Shown piece by piece: positions 30,051-41,978 of a DNA stretch of 64,000 nt. Source of the stretch: Candidatus Helarchaeota archaeon (lineage in GTDB: Archaea > Asgardarchaeota > Lokiarchaeia > Helarchaeales > RDOG01); NCBI GenBank assembly GCA_019058315.1, contig JAHPZH010000001.1:1201432-1265431 (forward strand). Reading direction: 5' to 3'. Numbering within the stretch: position 1 is the first letter of the stretch; each line of letters begins with the position of its first letter. Position numbers and translations under genes: made by a program. Below the pieces are notes generated by a model, which saw only the letters and a list, made by a program, of their open reading frames with translations, ran no database searches and was not told the DNA's origin.

Positions 30051-30263
30051 TTAGGGAGTTGCAATCATTACATTCGAAGCTTTGATTACTGCCCAAACTT
30101 CCTTGCCTTCTTTCAACTCTAATCTTTCTGCTGATGATTTGGTGATGATTGATACTATTTCTAAACCACTATCTAATTCAACCGTGATTTCAGAATTGAC
30201 GGCACCAACGACGATCTTCTTTATTTTTCCCTTTAAAACATTTCTTGCACTAATTTTGGTCAT
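30051..30263 (-). CDS. mop: Molybdate/tungstate-binding TOBE protein (Mop/molbindin)
   Basis: ISARNVLKG, SIIT..S, AVIKASNVM. Confidence 0.92.
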   Translation of the reverse strand: MTKISARNVLKGKIKKIVVGAVNSEITVELDSGLEIVSIITKSSAERLELKEGKEVWAVIKASNVMIATP

Positions 30264-30333
30264 TTTTATCCTCCAATTAATAATTTGGAAAAGAATAAAA
30301 TAAAACTTTCTTTTATTTCAAATTGGTATAAAA

Positions 30334-30864
30334 TTGAAATTATATATACATAGGATTTCAAATGATTGGCTGAAAACTACCTTAAAATGGTTTAAAAACG
30401 AATATTTACCATTTTTTACTAACAAAATCTCTAAAATCTTCTCTTTCGATATAGGAGAGTTACAAGATTTAAATATTTATTTTGAAAAGCAAAATTTTTC
30501 TAAGAATATGATTCATATAGTTGCTAAAACTCAAAAACTAAATGAAAAACAGTTTTTACTACAATTAAATGAATTTAAAATCAAAAAAATTTCTGAAGTT
30601 ACAAATAATGTTAGAAAATATATAATTTCAGTGATAATTGGACATGAATTAATTCACATTTTTCAATTCTATTTAAAAATAATTGGATCTAGAAAGGAAG
30701 AGCTTTATTCTAAGACTTGGATACCATTTCTACGTGAAGTAAAAGCATATAAATATAGTCAAATAATAGCCGCAAAACATTATACAATTAGTAATGGATT
30801 TCCGGAAAACCAAGCTCTAAAGCTTTTTAGTCCTATCTTTAATTATTACCATAGTTTACTTTAA
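30334..30864 (+). CDS. Hypothetical protein with HExxH zincin-like motif
   Basis: IGHELIHIFQ followed by E(VKA). Confidence 0.55.
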   Translation: MKLYIHRISNDWLKTTLKWFKNEYLPFFTNKISKIFSFDIGELQDLNIYFEKQNFSKNMIHIVAKTQKLNEKQFLLQLNEFKIKKISEVTNNVRKYIISVIIGHELIHIFQFYLKIIGSRKEELYSKTWIPFLREVKAYKYSQIIAAKHYTISNGFPENQALKLFSPIFNYYHSLL

Positions 30865-30898
30865 CTAAAATTATCGCTTATTATTTATTAATAAAACA

Positions 30899-31891
30899 TC
30901 ATATTTGAATTTTGACGACATTACAGCCTATTTCTTTGAATTTTTCAATAAGATTTTCATACATTTTTTCATTTTTAAATGTCCCAATGATAGCTCCTCC
31001 CGATCCTGGAAATTTTGAAGTTGCCCCAATTGACCTAGCTAGCTTTATCATCCGCAAGTTTTTTTCTGTAATTGGATATATACTTGATCTTAAATCGAAA
31101 TTTTTATTGATAAGGCTATTAAATTTTTCTAAATTTCCCTGCATAAGTGAATCATATCCCTCTTGTGCATTGTTACCAATTTTTGACATAATTTCTCTAA
31201 TATTTTTATCCCCTCTTTCCCATCTTATCCTAACATCATTATGGGCAATATCTTTATGAGTTAAATCTACTTGATAAGCGAGATACAAAGAAGGAAATAA
31301 ATCAGGATTTATGGATTTATAAATACCATAGCTATTTTTTTTCATAGTTTTTTCGTTGAAATCCATAAAAACAGGTTCGTTATAAACTTGAACTACTCTA
31401 TCTTGAAGACCAGCAGAAATACCTAACTCTTTTGATTCGGCCCATAAAACATAGTTCGCCATAATAGGCATTTCAATATTTATTTCGTAAAATTTCGATA
31501 ATGCTTTAATAGTTGATGTAATAATTGCACTAGAACCAGCAAGCCCTACTTGTCGGGGTATATTTGAGGTATATTGAATCTTGAAATTTATTTCAGGAAC
31601 GGTGATATTATTAATTTTAATATAATCATAGAATTGCTTTAAAGCAGCTTTAATTAAACGGAATCCACCATAATATCCATGAATTTTAATATCATTAATC
31701 ATTTCTTCTAATGTACCGAAGTCAATATGGTCACTTGGACCGGGTAGTATCTTAATTCTATCTGATTTAGATAATTTAATTTCTGCATGAAAGTTTCTAA
31801 TTGGAATTGAAATAGTTTTTCCAAAAAAACCATCAGAGGGATTTCCAAGAAGACCAGCTCGTGCAGGTGTCTTTATTATGATATCAGTCAT
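30899..31891 (-). CDS. GHMP kinase, glucuronokinase-like
   Basis: ARAGLLGNPSD, IPRQVGLAGSSA, AGLQDRV.QVY, KFPGSGGA; ATG at 31891. Confidence 0.8.
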   Translation of the reverse strand: MTDIIIKTPARAGLLGNPSDGFFGKTISIPIRNFHAEIKLSKSDRIKILPGPSDHIDFGTLEEMINDIKIHGYYGGFRLIKAALKQFYDYIKINNITVPEINFKIQYTSNIPRQVGLAGSSAIITSTIKALSKFYEINIEMPIMANYVLWAESKELGISAGLQDRVVQVYNEPVFMDFNEKTMKKNSYGIYKSINPDLFPSLYLAYQVDLTHKDIAHNDVRIRWERGDKNIREIMSKIGNNAQEGYDSLMQGNLEKFNSLINKNFDLRSSIYPITEKNLRMIKLARSIGATSKFPGSGGAIIGTFKNEKMYENLIEKFKEIGCNVVKIQI

Positions 31892-31907
31892 GAGAATATT
31901 CGCTTTT

Positions 31908-32531
31908 TTATTTGTCTTCAGATTCATATAAAGGACTGTTCTTTACATCCGAACTGGTATCTATTAATCTCTTTGTCACAAATGAGAAAGGTCCAGACTT
32001 TGGAAGAATTGTTCCTTTGGATTTGGTTATGGGATTCCTCCATTTGTTAAGATATGTAATTTTACCCAAATCCAATCTTGGTGGAGGATCAGGTTGTTCA
32101 GAATAGTAACCTAATAAGATTAAAGCAATTATTTTATAACTATTTGGAACTGACAGTAATTTTCTAACCGTTGATCTATTAAAAGCCCCAATCCAACATG
32201 TTCCTATTCCTAATTCGATTGCCATTAGCAAAATATTTTGTATAGCTGCACCTACTTCTTCGATCCATGAATCGGAATCTATACAGACAACAATCATTGA
32301 AGAACACTGTGCAGCATGCCTTTGACGAAAAAATACTATTTTTGAATTATTAGCAATCTCTTTGAGCAAGTTTTCATCCGTAACCACTATAAAACGGGTT
32401 TTTTGCCTATTGGTGGCTGTCGGTGCCCATCTTGCAGCTTCTAAAATTTTGATTAAGTCATCTTGAGGTATTGGTTTTGAGGAAAATTTACGAATACTCC
32501 TTCTATGTAAAATTGCATTGCCAACATTCAT
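31908..32531 (-). CDS. Nitroreductase family protein
   Basis: RRSIRKF, WAPTATNRQ, QNILLMA.ELGIGTCW. Confidence 0.9.
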   Translation of the reverse strand: MNVGNAILHRRSIRKFSSKPIPQDDLIKILEAARWAPTATNRQKTRFIVVTDENLLKEIANNSKIVFFRQRHAAQCSSMIVVCIDSDSWIEEVGAAIQNILLMAIELGIGTCWIGAFNRSTVRKLLSVPNSYKIIALILLGYYSEQPDPPPRLDLGKITYLNKWRNPITKSKGTILPKSGPFSFVTKRLIDTSSDVKNSPLYESEDK

Positions 32532-32614
32532 TCTTATTCAGCTTCAATTTATTAAAATAAAAAAAATAAGAGATAACTAAAATTTAATCTTACTAAATAT
32601 AAATAATGTTTAAA

Positions 32615-33754
32615 TTATCTATAGCGTAAAAATTTCTTCTTTATTTTAGTTTTATATTTTTGTTCGATTTGAAATATCAAAGGATGTTCATCTAATGATA
32701 CAAATGTATACGCCAACCCTTCTTTGCCCATTCTCCCCGTTCTACCAATACGATGAACATAATTTTGAATCTCATTAGGCATATCGTAATTAATTACACA
32801 AGTAACATTTTCGATATCAATACCTCTAGATACTACGTCTGTTGCAACTAATATCATTCTTCTATTTTGAAATTCTTCTAATGTTTTTTCTCTAGCTGCT
32901 TGAGACAGATCACTATTGATAAACTTTGCCTTAAACCCTAAACTGTATAAAGTATTTGCTAATTTTCTAGTAGCGACTCTAGTTTTAACGAAAATTAATA
33001 TTTTTAATTGATTACTTCCATTGTAATTATTTTCCAAATCACTTATTATATTGATTAAATGATTTAGCTTATCACTAGATTCTGCAACAACATAATAAAA
33101 TTGCTTAATTGATGATGGAATTCTTTCATCATGTTCTTTTCGTATTGTTATCATAACGGGATCTTTCATGTAATTTTTTGACAATTCTATTGTTTCGTCA
33201 GGGATAGTTGCACCAAAAAACATGAATTGCTGATTGCCCTGGCCCCTAATTAGCTTGAGAATGTAGCTTACATCATCATAAAATCCCATGTCAAACATTT
33301 TATCTGCTTCATCTAGAACTATAATTTTGGGTTTAATTTTCAAACCTTTTGTTAGGTGATCTATTAACCTACCGGGAGTTCCAACGACTATTTGAGCCCC
33401 TCTTCTTATTTGGTTTACTTGATTTTGAAATGAAACTCCCCCATAAATGGTCATAGTTTTAATATTTGTAAATTTTGCAGCTTTGGATATTTCTTCAGCT
33501 ACTTGTTTTGCCAATTCCCTAGTTGGAGTTATGATTATTGCTTGAATTTCAGGACGATTTTCATTAATTCGCTCAATTATTGGAATTCCAAATGCAAGAG
33601 TTTTACCTGATCCCGTTTTAGCTTGACCTATAACGTTTCTGCCTTTTAAAAGGTGAGGTATTACTTTTTCTTGTATAGGAGTTGCTTCTAAAAAATCGTG
33701 AAATTTAAGCCCTTTTAATAATTTTTGTCTTATTTTAAATTCTGAAAATTGCAT
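32615..33754 (-). CDS. DEAD-box RNA helicase (core only)
   Basis: Q motif, AKTGSGKT, PTRELA, TPGR, DEAD, HRIGRTGR; motif III is GAT. Confidence 0.95.
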   Translation of the reverse strand: MQFSEFKIRQKLLKGLKFHDFLEATPIQEKVIPHLLKGRNVIGQAKTGSGKTLAFGIPIIERINENRPEIQAIIITPTRELAKQVAEEISKAAKFTNIKTMTIYGGVSFQNQVNQIRRGAQIVVGTPGRLIDHLTKGLKIKPKIIVLDEADKMFDMGFYDDVSYILKLIRGQGNQQFMFFGATIPDETIELSKNYMKDPVMITIRKEHDERIPSSIKQFYYVVAESSDKLNHLINIISDLENNYNGSNQLKILIFVKTRVATRKLANTLYSLGFKAKFINSDLSQAAREKTLEEFQNRRMILVATDVVSRGIDIENVTCVINYDMPNEIQNYVHRIGRTGRMGKEGLAYTFVSLDEHPLIFQIEQKYKTKIKKKFLRYR

Positions 33755-34093
33755 AAAATTAACCTTTTCTGTCTGTCTTATTCCGTCTAGTCCGTTAAAA
33801 TCTTTTCTAAAAGGCTTAATTCTATAAAGTTATTAAGTAATCCTTAACTTGAAAATTTCAAAGTCTCGACAGAATCTGAAATGATACTGAAAAAATTCCC
33901 TATTATCATTTCATGTTTTTTTAAAAATATAAATGAAACAAGCTTTTTTAATCTTCTTATTGATAATTTTTTTTCTAATCACTAAATTAGATTTAACTAA
34001 TTTAATAAAGTAGCTGTAAAAGCTTTATATTCAGTATATTAGTAATCTAATCAACATTTTTATTAAGAATCAAATTATAATTAAAATGATCAT

Positions 34094-34273
34094 ATGAAGA
34101 AAATAAAATGTAAAATTTGTGGTAAAGAGGTTCAAATTGAAAAATTAAATGTTAGTTTTTATGCGAAATGGATTGAATTTAAGCCCGGAATATGGGTTTG
34201 TCGAGACTGTGAACAGTCAGCTATTTGGCCAAATATTATTCAATATAAAATTCCCGATGATTATCGTTCTTAA
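34094..34273 (+). CDS. 59-aa zinc-finger microprotein (absent from the ORF track)
   Basis: Manual translation: MKKIKCKICGKEVQIEKLNVSFYAKWIEFKPGIWVCRDCEQSAIWPNIIQYKIPDDYRS*; CxxC..CxxC. Confidence 0.7.
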   Translation: MKKIKCKICGKEVQIEKLNVSFYAKWIEFKPGIWVCRDCEQSAIWPNIIQYKIPDDYRS

Positions 34274-34439
34274 GATTTTTTATTGATATTTTAAAAATGA
34301 AACGAACCGTTATTTGATTTTTAGGTCTATCTTTCTTTAAAATAATAAATTTTTTATAGGATGTGTTAGTAACATTAAGTGAGTATAAGTATTTATGATT
34401 AAAATATCCGTATTTAGGACAAAAAATGGACGTGATTAA

Positions 34440-35012
34440 TTGGATGAACAAGATTTGTTTGATTCTCTTTTAAGAATTTTGGGCAATAAGACTCGACGAA
34501 TGATGTTAGAACTATTAAGTGAACGTCCCAGATTCCTTAGTGACATTTCAAAAGAGCTCGAAATTGGTCAACAAGCTATTTTACGCCATATTGAAGAATT
34601 TACAAAGGCAGGAATATTAGAAGTAGCAGATGAATCAGTACTTGATGAAAAGAAAATAGGAAGAAAACCAAAATATTATAAGATTGCCGAAAATAAACGA
34701 ATTATTATAGACATTACACCTGGACGATTTGACGTTGATTTAATTCCATCATTTCTGGATGAACAAGAGGAACTAAAAGAAGATATTGATATTAAGTTTT
34801 GTTCTGATTTAGCTGAAATCGAGAATAAAATTAATTCATTGGAAGAAATCAAAGATCCAGACACACGATATAATAAAATCAAAATTTTAGAACAAGAACT
34901 TAAGGAAGAAATAAATTCTTTAATTGATGCTAAGCATTATGCTGAATTATTATTAGAAAAATTAAGTCCTAAAAGAAAGATTGTTGAAGATTATTTAGGA
35001 ATTAGTCAATAA
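34440..35012 (+). CDS. ArsR-family HTH regulator, Phr/HSR1 heat-shock-regulator-like
   Basis: ILGNKTRR.MLELL..RP, QQAILRH, GRKPKYY, C-terminal coiled coil; directly upstream of cdc48. Confidence 0.8.
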   Translation: MDEQDLFDSLLRILGNKTRRMMLELLSERPRFLSDISKELEIGQQAILRHIEEFTKAGILEVADESVLDEKKIGRKPKYYKIAENKRIIIDITPGRFDVDLIPSFLDEQEELKEDIDIKFCSDLAEIENKINSLEEIKDPDTRYNKIKILEQELKEEINSLIDAKHYAELLLEKLSPKRKIVEDYLGISQ

Positions 35013-35088
35013 ATAGAAATTTTAAAATAGGTATATTAATCATGAATCCAATTATAAATTAAATTAATTATGATAATAGAGGTATTAA

Positions 35089-37365
<2,277 letters not shown>

Positions 37366-37454
37366 GTTTTAAAATCTTTATTTTTTTAAGATTCCTATCA
37401 AATAGGAATTAAAATTTTATTTATAATTTTAAGTTTAAAAAAAGTGTGAAATAA

Positions 37455-38258
37455 ATGGATGGAAATATTCCAATAATAAAAGTTGTAAAAGTAAAAGAGT
37501 TTGATGAAGCAAAAAGAGAATTAAAAAATCCTATTTGTATCCATGGTATGCCAGGTATGGGCATGACTGGAAAAACTGTTATGGATCACTTTATTGAAGA
37601 ATTAAAACCTAATATTAAGAAAATTTGTGAAATTTATTCAACTGCCTTTCCTGCTAATGTAATTATACAGGAAGATGGGTCGATTTCTCCACCAAAAATC
37701 ACAATTTACGCCTATGTAAATGGAAATGGAGAAAGAAAAAATGATTTAGTTTTGATAACTGGAGAAACACAACCCAATTCTGTAATTGGAACAAATAATC
37801 TTTCCATCGAAATCGTTAAAATTCTGAATGATTTAAACGTTAAGCTGTTAATTTCCCTCGCCGCTACTCCAGTTATGAACCCGAAATCTTCACCAACGGT
37901 GTATATAACTGTAACATCCAATAAACTTATAGAAGATTTTAAAAAAGCAGGTGTGAGGAAGGAATTTATAAGTGGGGTTATTACTGGAATGAATGGTATT
38001 ATCCCAGGACTTGCCAAATTTGAATATAACATTGATGGATGTGCATTATTAGCCGAAACTTATCCCCAATTTGGTAAAGATATAAATGCATCTATTTCTT
38101 TAATAAGGATATTAAACAAATATTTGAATTTAGAAATAAAGACAACAGAATTAGAGGAAAAAGCGAAGAAAGTCGAAGATTTATATCAATCTTTAGTTGA
38201 TAAGAGAAAAAGAAGAGAAAAAAGGCAAAAGAAGAAAGATTTGGGTTATATTAGTTAA
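37455..38258 (+). CDS. PAC2-family proteasome assembly chaperone (PbaA/PbaB-like)
   Basis: GMPGMGMTGK, LITGETQP, ITGMNG, LLAET, C-terminal GYIS. Confidence 0.85.
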   Translation: MDGNIPIIKVVKVKEFDEAKRELKNPICIHGMPGMGMTGKTVMDHFIEELKPNIKKICEIYSTAFPANVIIQEDGSISPPKITIYAYVNGNGERKNDLVLITGETQPNSVIGTNNLSIEIVKILNDLNVKLLISLAATPVMNPKSSPTVYITVTSNKLIEDFKKAGVRKEFISGVITGMNGIIPGLAKFEYNIDGCALLAETYPQFGKDINASISLIRILNKYLNLEIKTTELEEKAKKVEDLYQSLVDKRKRREKRQKKKDLGYIS

Positions 38259-38280
38259 GAACATCCTAGGAGGACTTTAT

Positions 38281-38772
38281 ATTTCAGTCGGAAATTATGT
38301 AAATGACACTCTAAATGTTGTAATTAATTATCTACCTTCTAATTTCAGACTCTATGAAGAAACTGGGGACGAAAAGAGTGGAAAACTAATATTTAAAAGC
38401 TTAGAAATTTATGATGAGACTTGGGGACCTTATTTAACTTTAACTTTTTCTTGGATCTCATACCCAATAGAAAATTTTCATTCTGGAGATGCAATTCAAG
38501 ATATTTTAAATTTATTCGCAAAACTTAATATGAATTTAGACGATCGAATAAATGACTATATACTCGGGCATTTTTTCCAGTCTGCTGTAGGATCTCGTAT
38601 CATACTAAAGAAAGGAACCCCATATACAGTCAAAGAAATTCATGGAATTTTATATTGTGAGCATTCACAACGTGAAATTTCTATAATAGTAGTAATAAAT
38701 AATATACAGAACATTTTTCCTAGTTGGAAAGACACAATTATTAGAATTATTAAATCAATCAAATTTCATTAA
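38281..38772 (+). CDS. Hypothetical protein, possibly PsbP/Mog1-like fold; probable ATT start
   Basis: GGAGG lies 7 nt before an in-frame ATT at 38281, whereas the called start (38197) overlaps the PAC2 gene. YLPSNF near the N-terminus and IIKSIKF at the C-terminus. Confidence 0.55.
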   Translation: MSVGNYVNDTLNVVINYLPSNFRLYEETGDEKSGKLIFKSLEIYDETWGPYLTLTFSWISYPIENFHSGDAIQDILNLFAKLNMNLDDRINDYILGHFFQSAVGSRIILKKGTPYTVKEIHGILYCEHSQREISIIVVINNIQNIFPSWKDTIIRIIKSIKFH

Positions 38773-38816
38773 AAACAATTTAGACTTAAATAAAACAATA
38801 ACATGATGTGATATAA

Positions 38817-40190
38817 TTGAAAAAATCGAAGAAACAAACGGTAGTAGTAACTCTTGAGGAAAAGGAGAAAATAACAGTTCCTATTGTGAAATCTCCTTCC
38901 CGCATTCTAGATAAGAGATTAGGTAAAGGATTTAGTATTAAAGAAATACAAGCCGCTTCAATTCCTATTGGTGAATTTCAACGTTTAAATTTAAGAATTG
39001 ATCATAGAAGAAGAACAATTTATGATTCAAATGTAGAATATATAGGTAAGAAATATCGTGAATTATTATCTGAAGAATTAATCGAGAGAGAAGCTTTAGA
39101 TAAGTTGGAAAAACGCGAAAAAGATATAATGAAAACCCTGACAAAAATTCCTTCGATCTCAAAGAAATATGCTAAAAAACTTATTGGTGCTGGAGTGAAA
39201 TCAATCGAAAATTTAATCAAAGAAGATGCATCATCTTTAGCAATTGATATCGGGGAAAAAGAAAAAATTGTTAATCAATGGATAAAAGACGCTAAGAAAT
39301 TTAAAAGTTTACTAGAATTAGATAGTTCAATTAATAATTTAACTCAAATTGATATTTTAAACGAAGAAAAAGCAAAACTTATGGCTTCCATTGGAATAGT
39401 TAACCTTGAAATCCTCGCAGAAGAAGAAGCTTCAGTACTTTCAAAGGATCTAGGAGTTTCAGAGTATTTAGCTAACGAATGGATAAACAAGGCAAATGCT
39501 TTAATAAAAAAAGACGTTAAAGGCAAAAAAGTTGAGAAAAAGAAAAAAGAAGTTAAGAAAAGAGAAGAACCTCTTGCCAAAGTTACTAAAAAGGCTAAAA
39601 TTAAACCCATAGAATTAAGTCTAAAGGATATTAGTGGAATTGGTAAAAAAGATTTGAATAAATTAGAAACTTTAGAAATTACCACATTAAAACAATTAGC
39701 TGATGAAGATCCTCTGGAGATTTCGTCTATTTTGGGTGTTGGAAAAGATCAAGTGTTTGGGTGGATTAATAAGGCTAGAGAACTCCTAGGAATGCCTAAA
39801 TTAGAAGAGATAAAGAAGAAGAAAGCTCCGAAAATTAAAAAAATCGAAAAAGAAGAAGTAGTTATGGAAGAAACCGTAGATTTTTCTACTCTTGAAGAAG
39901 AGCTTGAGGAACAAATTGAGGAGGAATTAATAGAAAAAGAACAAGAAGAGCCTGAAACAAGTGAGATTCAAAAGAAATTTGTGATTTCTGAAGAAGATAA
40001 AAAAGAAATTCTAAAAGAACTTCTTAAAATTAAAGGTGTTGGTAAAGTAAGTGGTGAGAAATTGATAAATGCAGGTATTAGATCTATCCAAGATCTTATT
40101 GAAGCTAATTTAAAGGAATTATCCTCAAGTACAGATATTAAAGAACAAAAACTCCAGAATTTTATTGACGAAGCAAAAAAATTGGAATAA
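38817..40190 (+). CDS. rpl13e: Ribosomal protein eL13 (L13e) domain fused to four helix-hairpin-helix (HHH_5/DUF4332-like) repeats
   Basis: PIVKSP..RLGKGFSIKEI..RIDHRRRT...NVE is the L13e signature; then four I.GIG/VG...KL..AG..SI..L repeats. Confidence 0.8.
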   Translation: MKKSKKQTVVVTLEEKEKITVPIVKSPSRILDKRLGKGFSIKEIQAASIPIGEFQRLNLRIDHRRRTIYDSNVEYIGKKYRELLSEELIEREALDKLEKREKDIMKTLTKIPSISKKYAKKLIGAGVKSIENLIKEDASSLAIDIGEKEKIVNQWIKDAKKFKSLLELDSSINNLTQIDILNEEKAKLMASIGIVNLEILAEEEASVLSKDLGVSEYLANEWINKANALIKKDVKGKKVEKKKKEVKKREEPLAKVTKKAKIKPIELSLKDISGIGKKDLNKLETLEITTLKQLADEDPLEISSILGVGKDQVFGWINKARELLGMPKLEEIKKKKAPKIKKIEKEEVVMEETVDFSTLEEELEEQIEEELIEKEQEEPETSEIQKKFVISEEDKKEILKELLKIKGVGKVSGEKLINAGIRSIQDLIEANLKELSSSTDIKEQKLQNFIDEAKKLE

Positions 40191-40526
40191 TATACTTGAT
40201 TAATTTTATAATTTAGAAATTATTTTTTTATTTTTTTATTAAACATTATACTAAGTATTATAATTCTGTTAAATACGTTATTTAACTCTATATTATAGAT
40301 TTTAAATTAAATTATTTTGATTTAATTTTTATATCCACACTTCTTTTCTTTAAAAATGTATTAAAATTTGAATTAATGGTGGTGTTCATTTACTCTCTGA
40401 AATTAGATACATTAAGACATATATAGTCATTCAAAGAAAAAAGATTTAAACTACTTATCTTCATGTTTATTCGGATCATGTCCAATTTTCTTTTAAATTG
40501 CATAATTTTCAAGTGAGCGAATAAAG

Positions 40527-41969
40527 TTGATCGAAAATAGCGATGATTTAGAGAGATTACTAAAATTAACAAAAAAAATGAGTGTAAAAATAGCTCAACT
40601 TAGTCCAGAATCTCAATTTTCCGCTCAACTGGAGAGATTAACTTTTATTAACCAAGATTTTGAAAATATAATTGGGGAATATAAACAACAAACAGATCAA
40701 GTCACAAAACTCGTGCAAAAGATTTCTAATTTAGAAAAAGAAGTAGACGAGCACCGAACAAGATTTGATTCTAAAGCAAAATCAACAATAACTCAAATTC
40801 AAAAAGAGAAAGGAGATTTAGAATCTGATCTTGAAAAAATTTCTGAGGATTATATAAAAGCAAATAATGAAATAGCAACTCAGAAGGAATTAATCAATAA
40901 ACTTATTATAGAAAATGAAAGAATCAACAATAAGCTTGTGGGAGAGTGGAAAGCTAGTCAAGTTCTGCGGAAAACTCTGCAAAGAGAACGTGATATGCGA
41001 GAGGACTTAAATAATCAAATTAATGAACTAAAACGCACATTAAGAAGATTACAAAGACGTTTAAGCCGAGGTGGAAGGTTATTTGGACTTCATATCCCAG
41101 TAGAAAGAATAGAAGAATCGGAGGTTTCTGGAAAAGAGGGAATTGATAAAGAACAAATTGAGCAGTTGAAGTTCGAATTACAAAAACGGATGGATAAAAT
41201 TACCGAACTTGAGATGAAAAATCGAGAATTGAAAGGTCAAATTATAAAATCGCCCACTAAGGATTTGGAATTACAAATTCAATCCTATAAAAAAGATTTG
41301 GACGTCAAAACGGGAAAAATTGCGACTTTTGAAGCAGAAAGAAAAAAATTAGAACAACAAATTGGAATTTTGCAAAATCGCATTACTGATTTACAAGTCA
41401 ATTTTCAAGAACAGAGTAAAACCATAAACGATAGAGAAAAACGAATAGGTGATCTGGAAAAAACTATGCGCCTTGGAATTCATGAAAAAAGTGCTCGTGA
41501 TTTAATTGTAAATTTACAGGAGAAAAACAAAGAATTACAAGCAAGTTTAAGAGATAAAGAAAGAGATATTAAAAATTTAGATAAAAATGCTTTCTTTTAT
41601 AAACAACAATTAGACGTCGTTAAAGGACAAGTTCAAACTTTATATGCTAAAAATAGAGAATTATTGACAAGATTACAACAAGGGGGATCTATATCAGAAG
41701 CAGAAATTAGAAGAAGTGTAGATATATTTGAGGGAGAAAGCCCATTTGATAAAGATATGAAAGATCAGCAACATAAATTAAAAAGATTAGAGAGCAGAAC
41801 CGAAAGTTTAGAACAAGAGGTTTCAGATCTTCGATTTGCACTTCATAGTAAAGATGCTAAAATAGAAGAATTAAACCAGATTATGAATGAATTAAAAGTA
41901 GTTTTAGCAAAAGCTAAAATCGAAATTGGCCCTAAAGGGAAAAAAGGAAAGAAGACCAAGCGTAATTAG
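40527..41969 (+). CDS. Long coiled-coil protein (480 aa)
   Basis: Continuous heptad E/K/Q/L pattern with short breaks; no Walker A; basic C-terminal tail. Confidence 0.8.
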   Translation: MIENSDDLERLLKLTKKMSVKIAQLSPESQFSAQLERLTFINQDFENIIGEYKQQTDQVTKLVQKISNLEKEVDEHRTRFDSKAKSTITQIQKEKGDLESDLEKISEDYIKANNEIATQKELINKLIIENERINNKLVGEWKASQVLRKTLQRERDMREDLNNQINELKRTLRRLQRRLSRGGRLFGLHIPVERIEESEVSGKEGIDKEQIEQLKFELQKRMDKITELEMKNRELKGQIIKSPTKDLELQIQSYKKDLDVKTGKIATFEAERKKLEQQIGILQNRITDLQVNFQEQSKTINDREKRIGDLEKTMRLGIHEKSARDLIVNLQEKNKELQASLRDKERDIKNLDKNAFFYKQQLDVVKGQVQTLYAKNRELLTRLQQGGSISEAEIRRSVDIFEGESPFDKDMKDQQHKLKRLESRTESLEQEVSDLRFALHSKDAKIEELNQIMNELKVVLAKAKIEIGPKGKKGKKTKRN

Positions 41970-41978
41970 GTTATTTTT

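Noticed and set aside
34236-34451. 71-aa minus-strand ORF (and similarly 40390-40572)
   Set aside because: They span promoter-like AT-rich DNA, overlap better-supported + strand genes and have no recognisable features
40527-41969. SMC/Rad50 or ESCRT-III assignment for the coiled-coil protein
   Set aside because: No Walker A/B, hinge or zinc hook; the length and pattern do not fit a Snf7 domain
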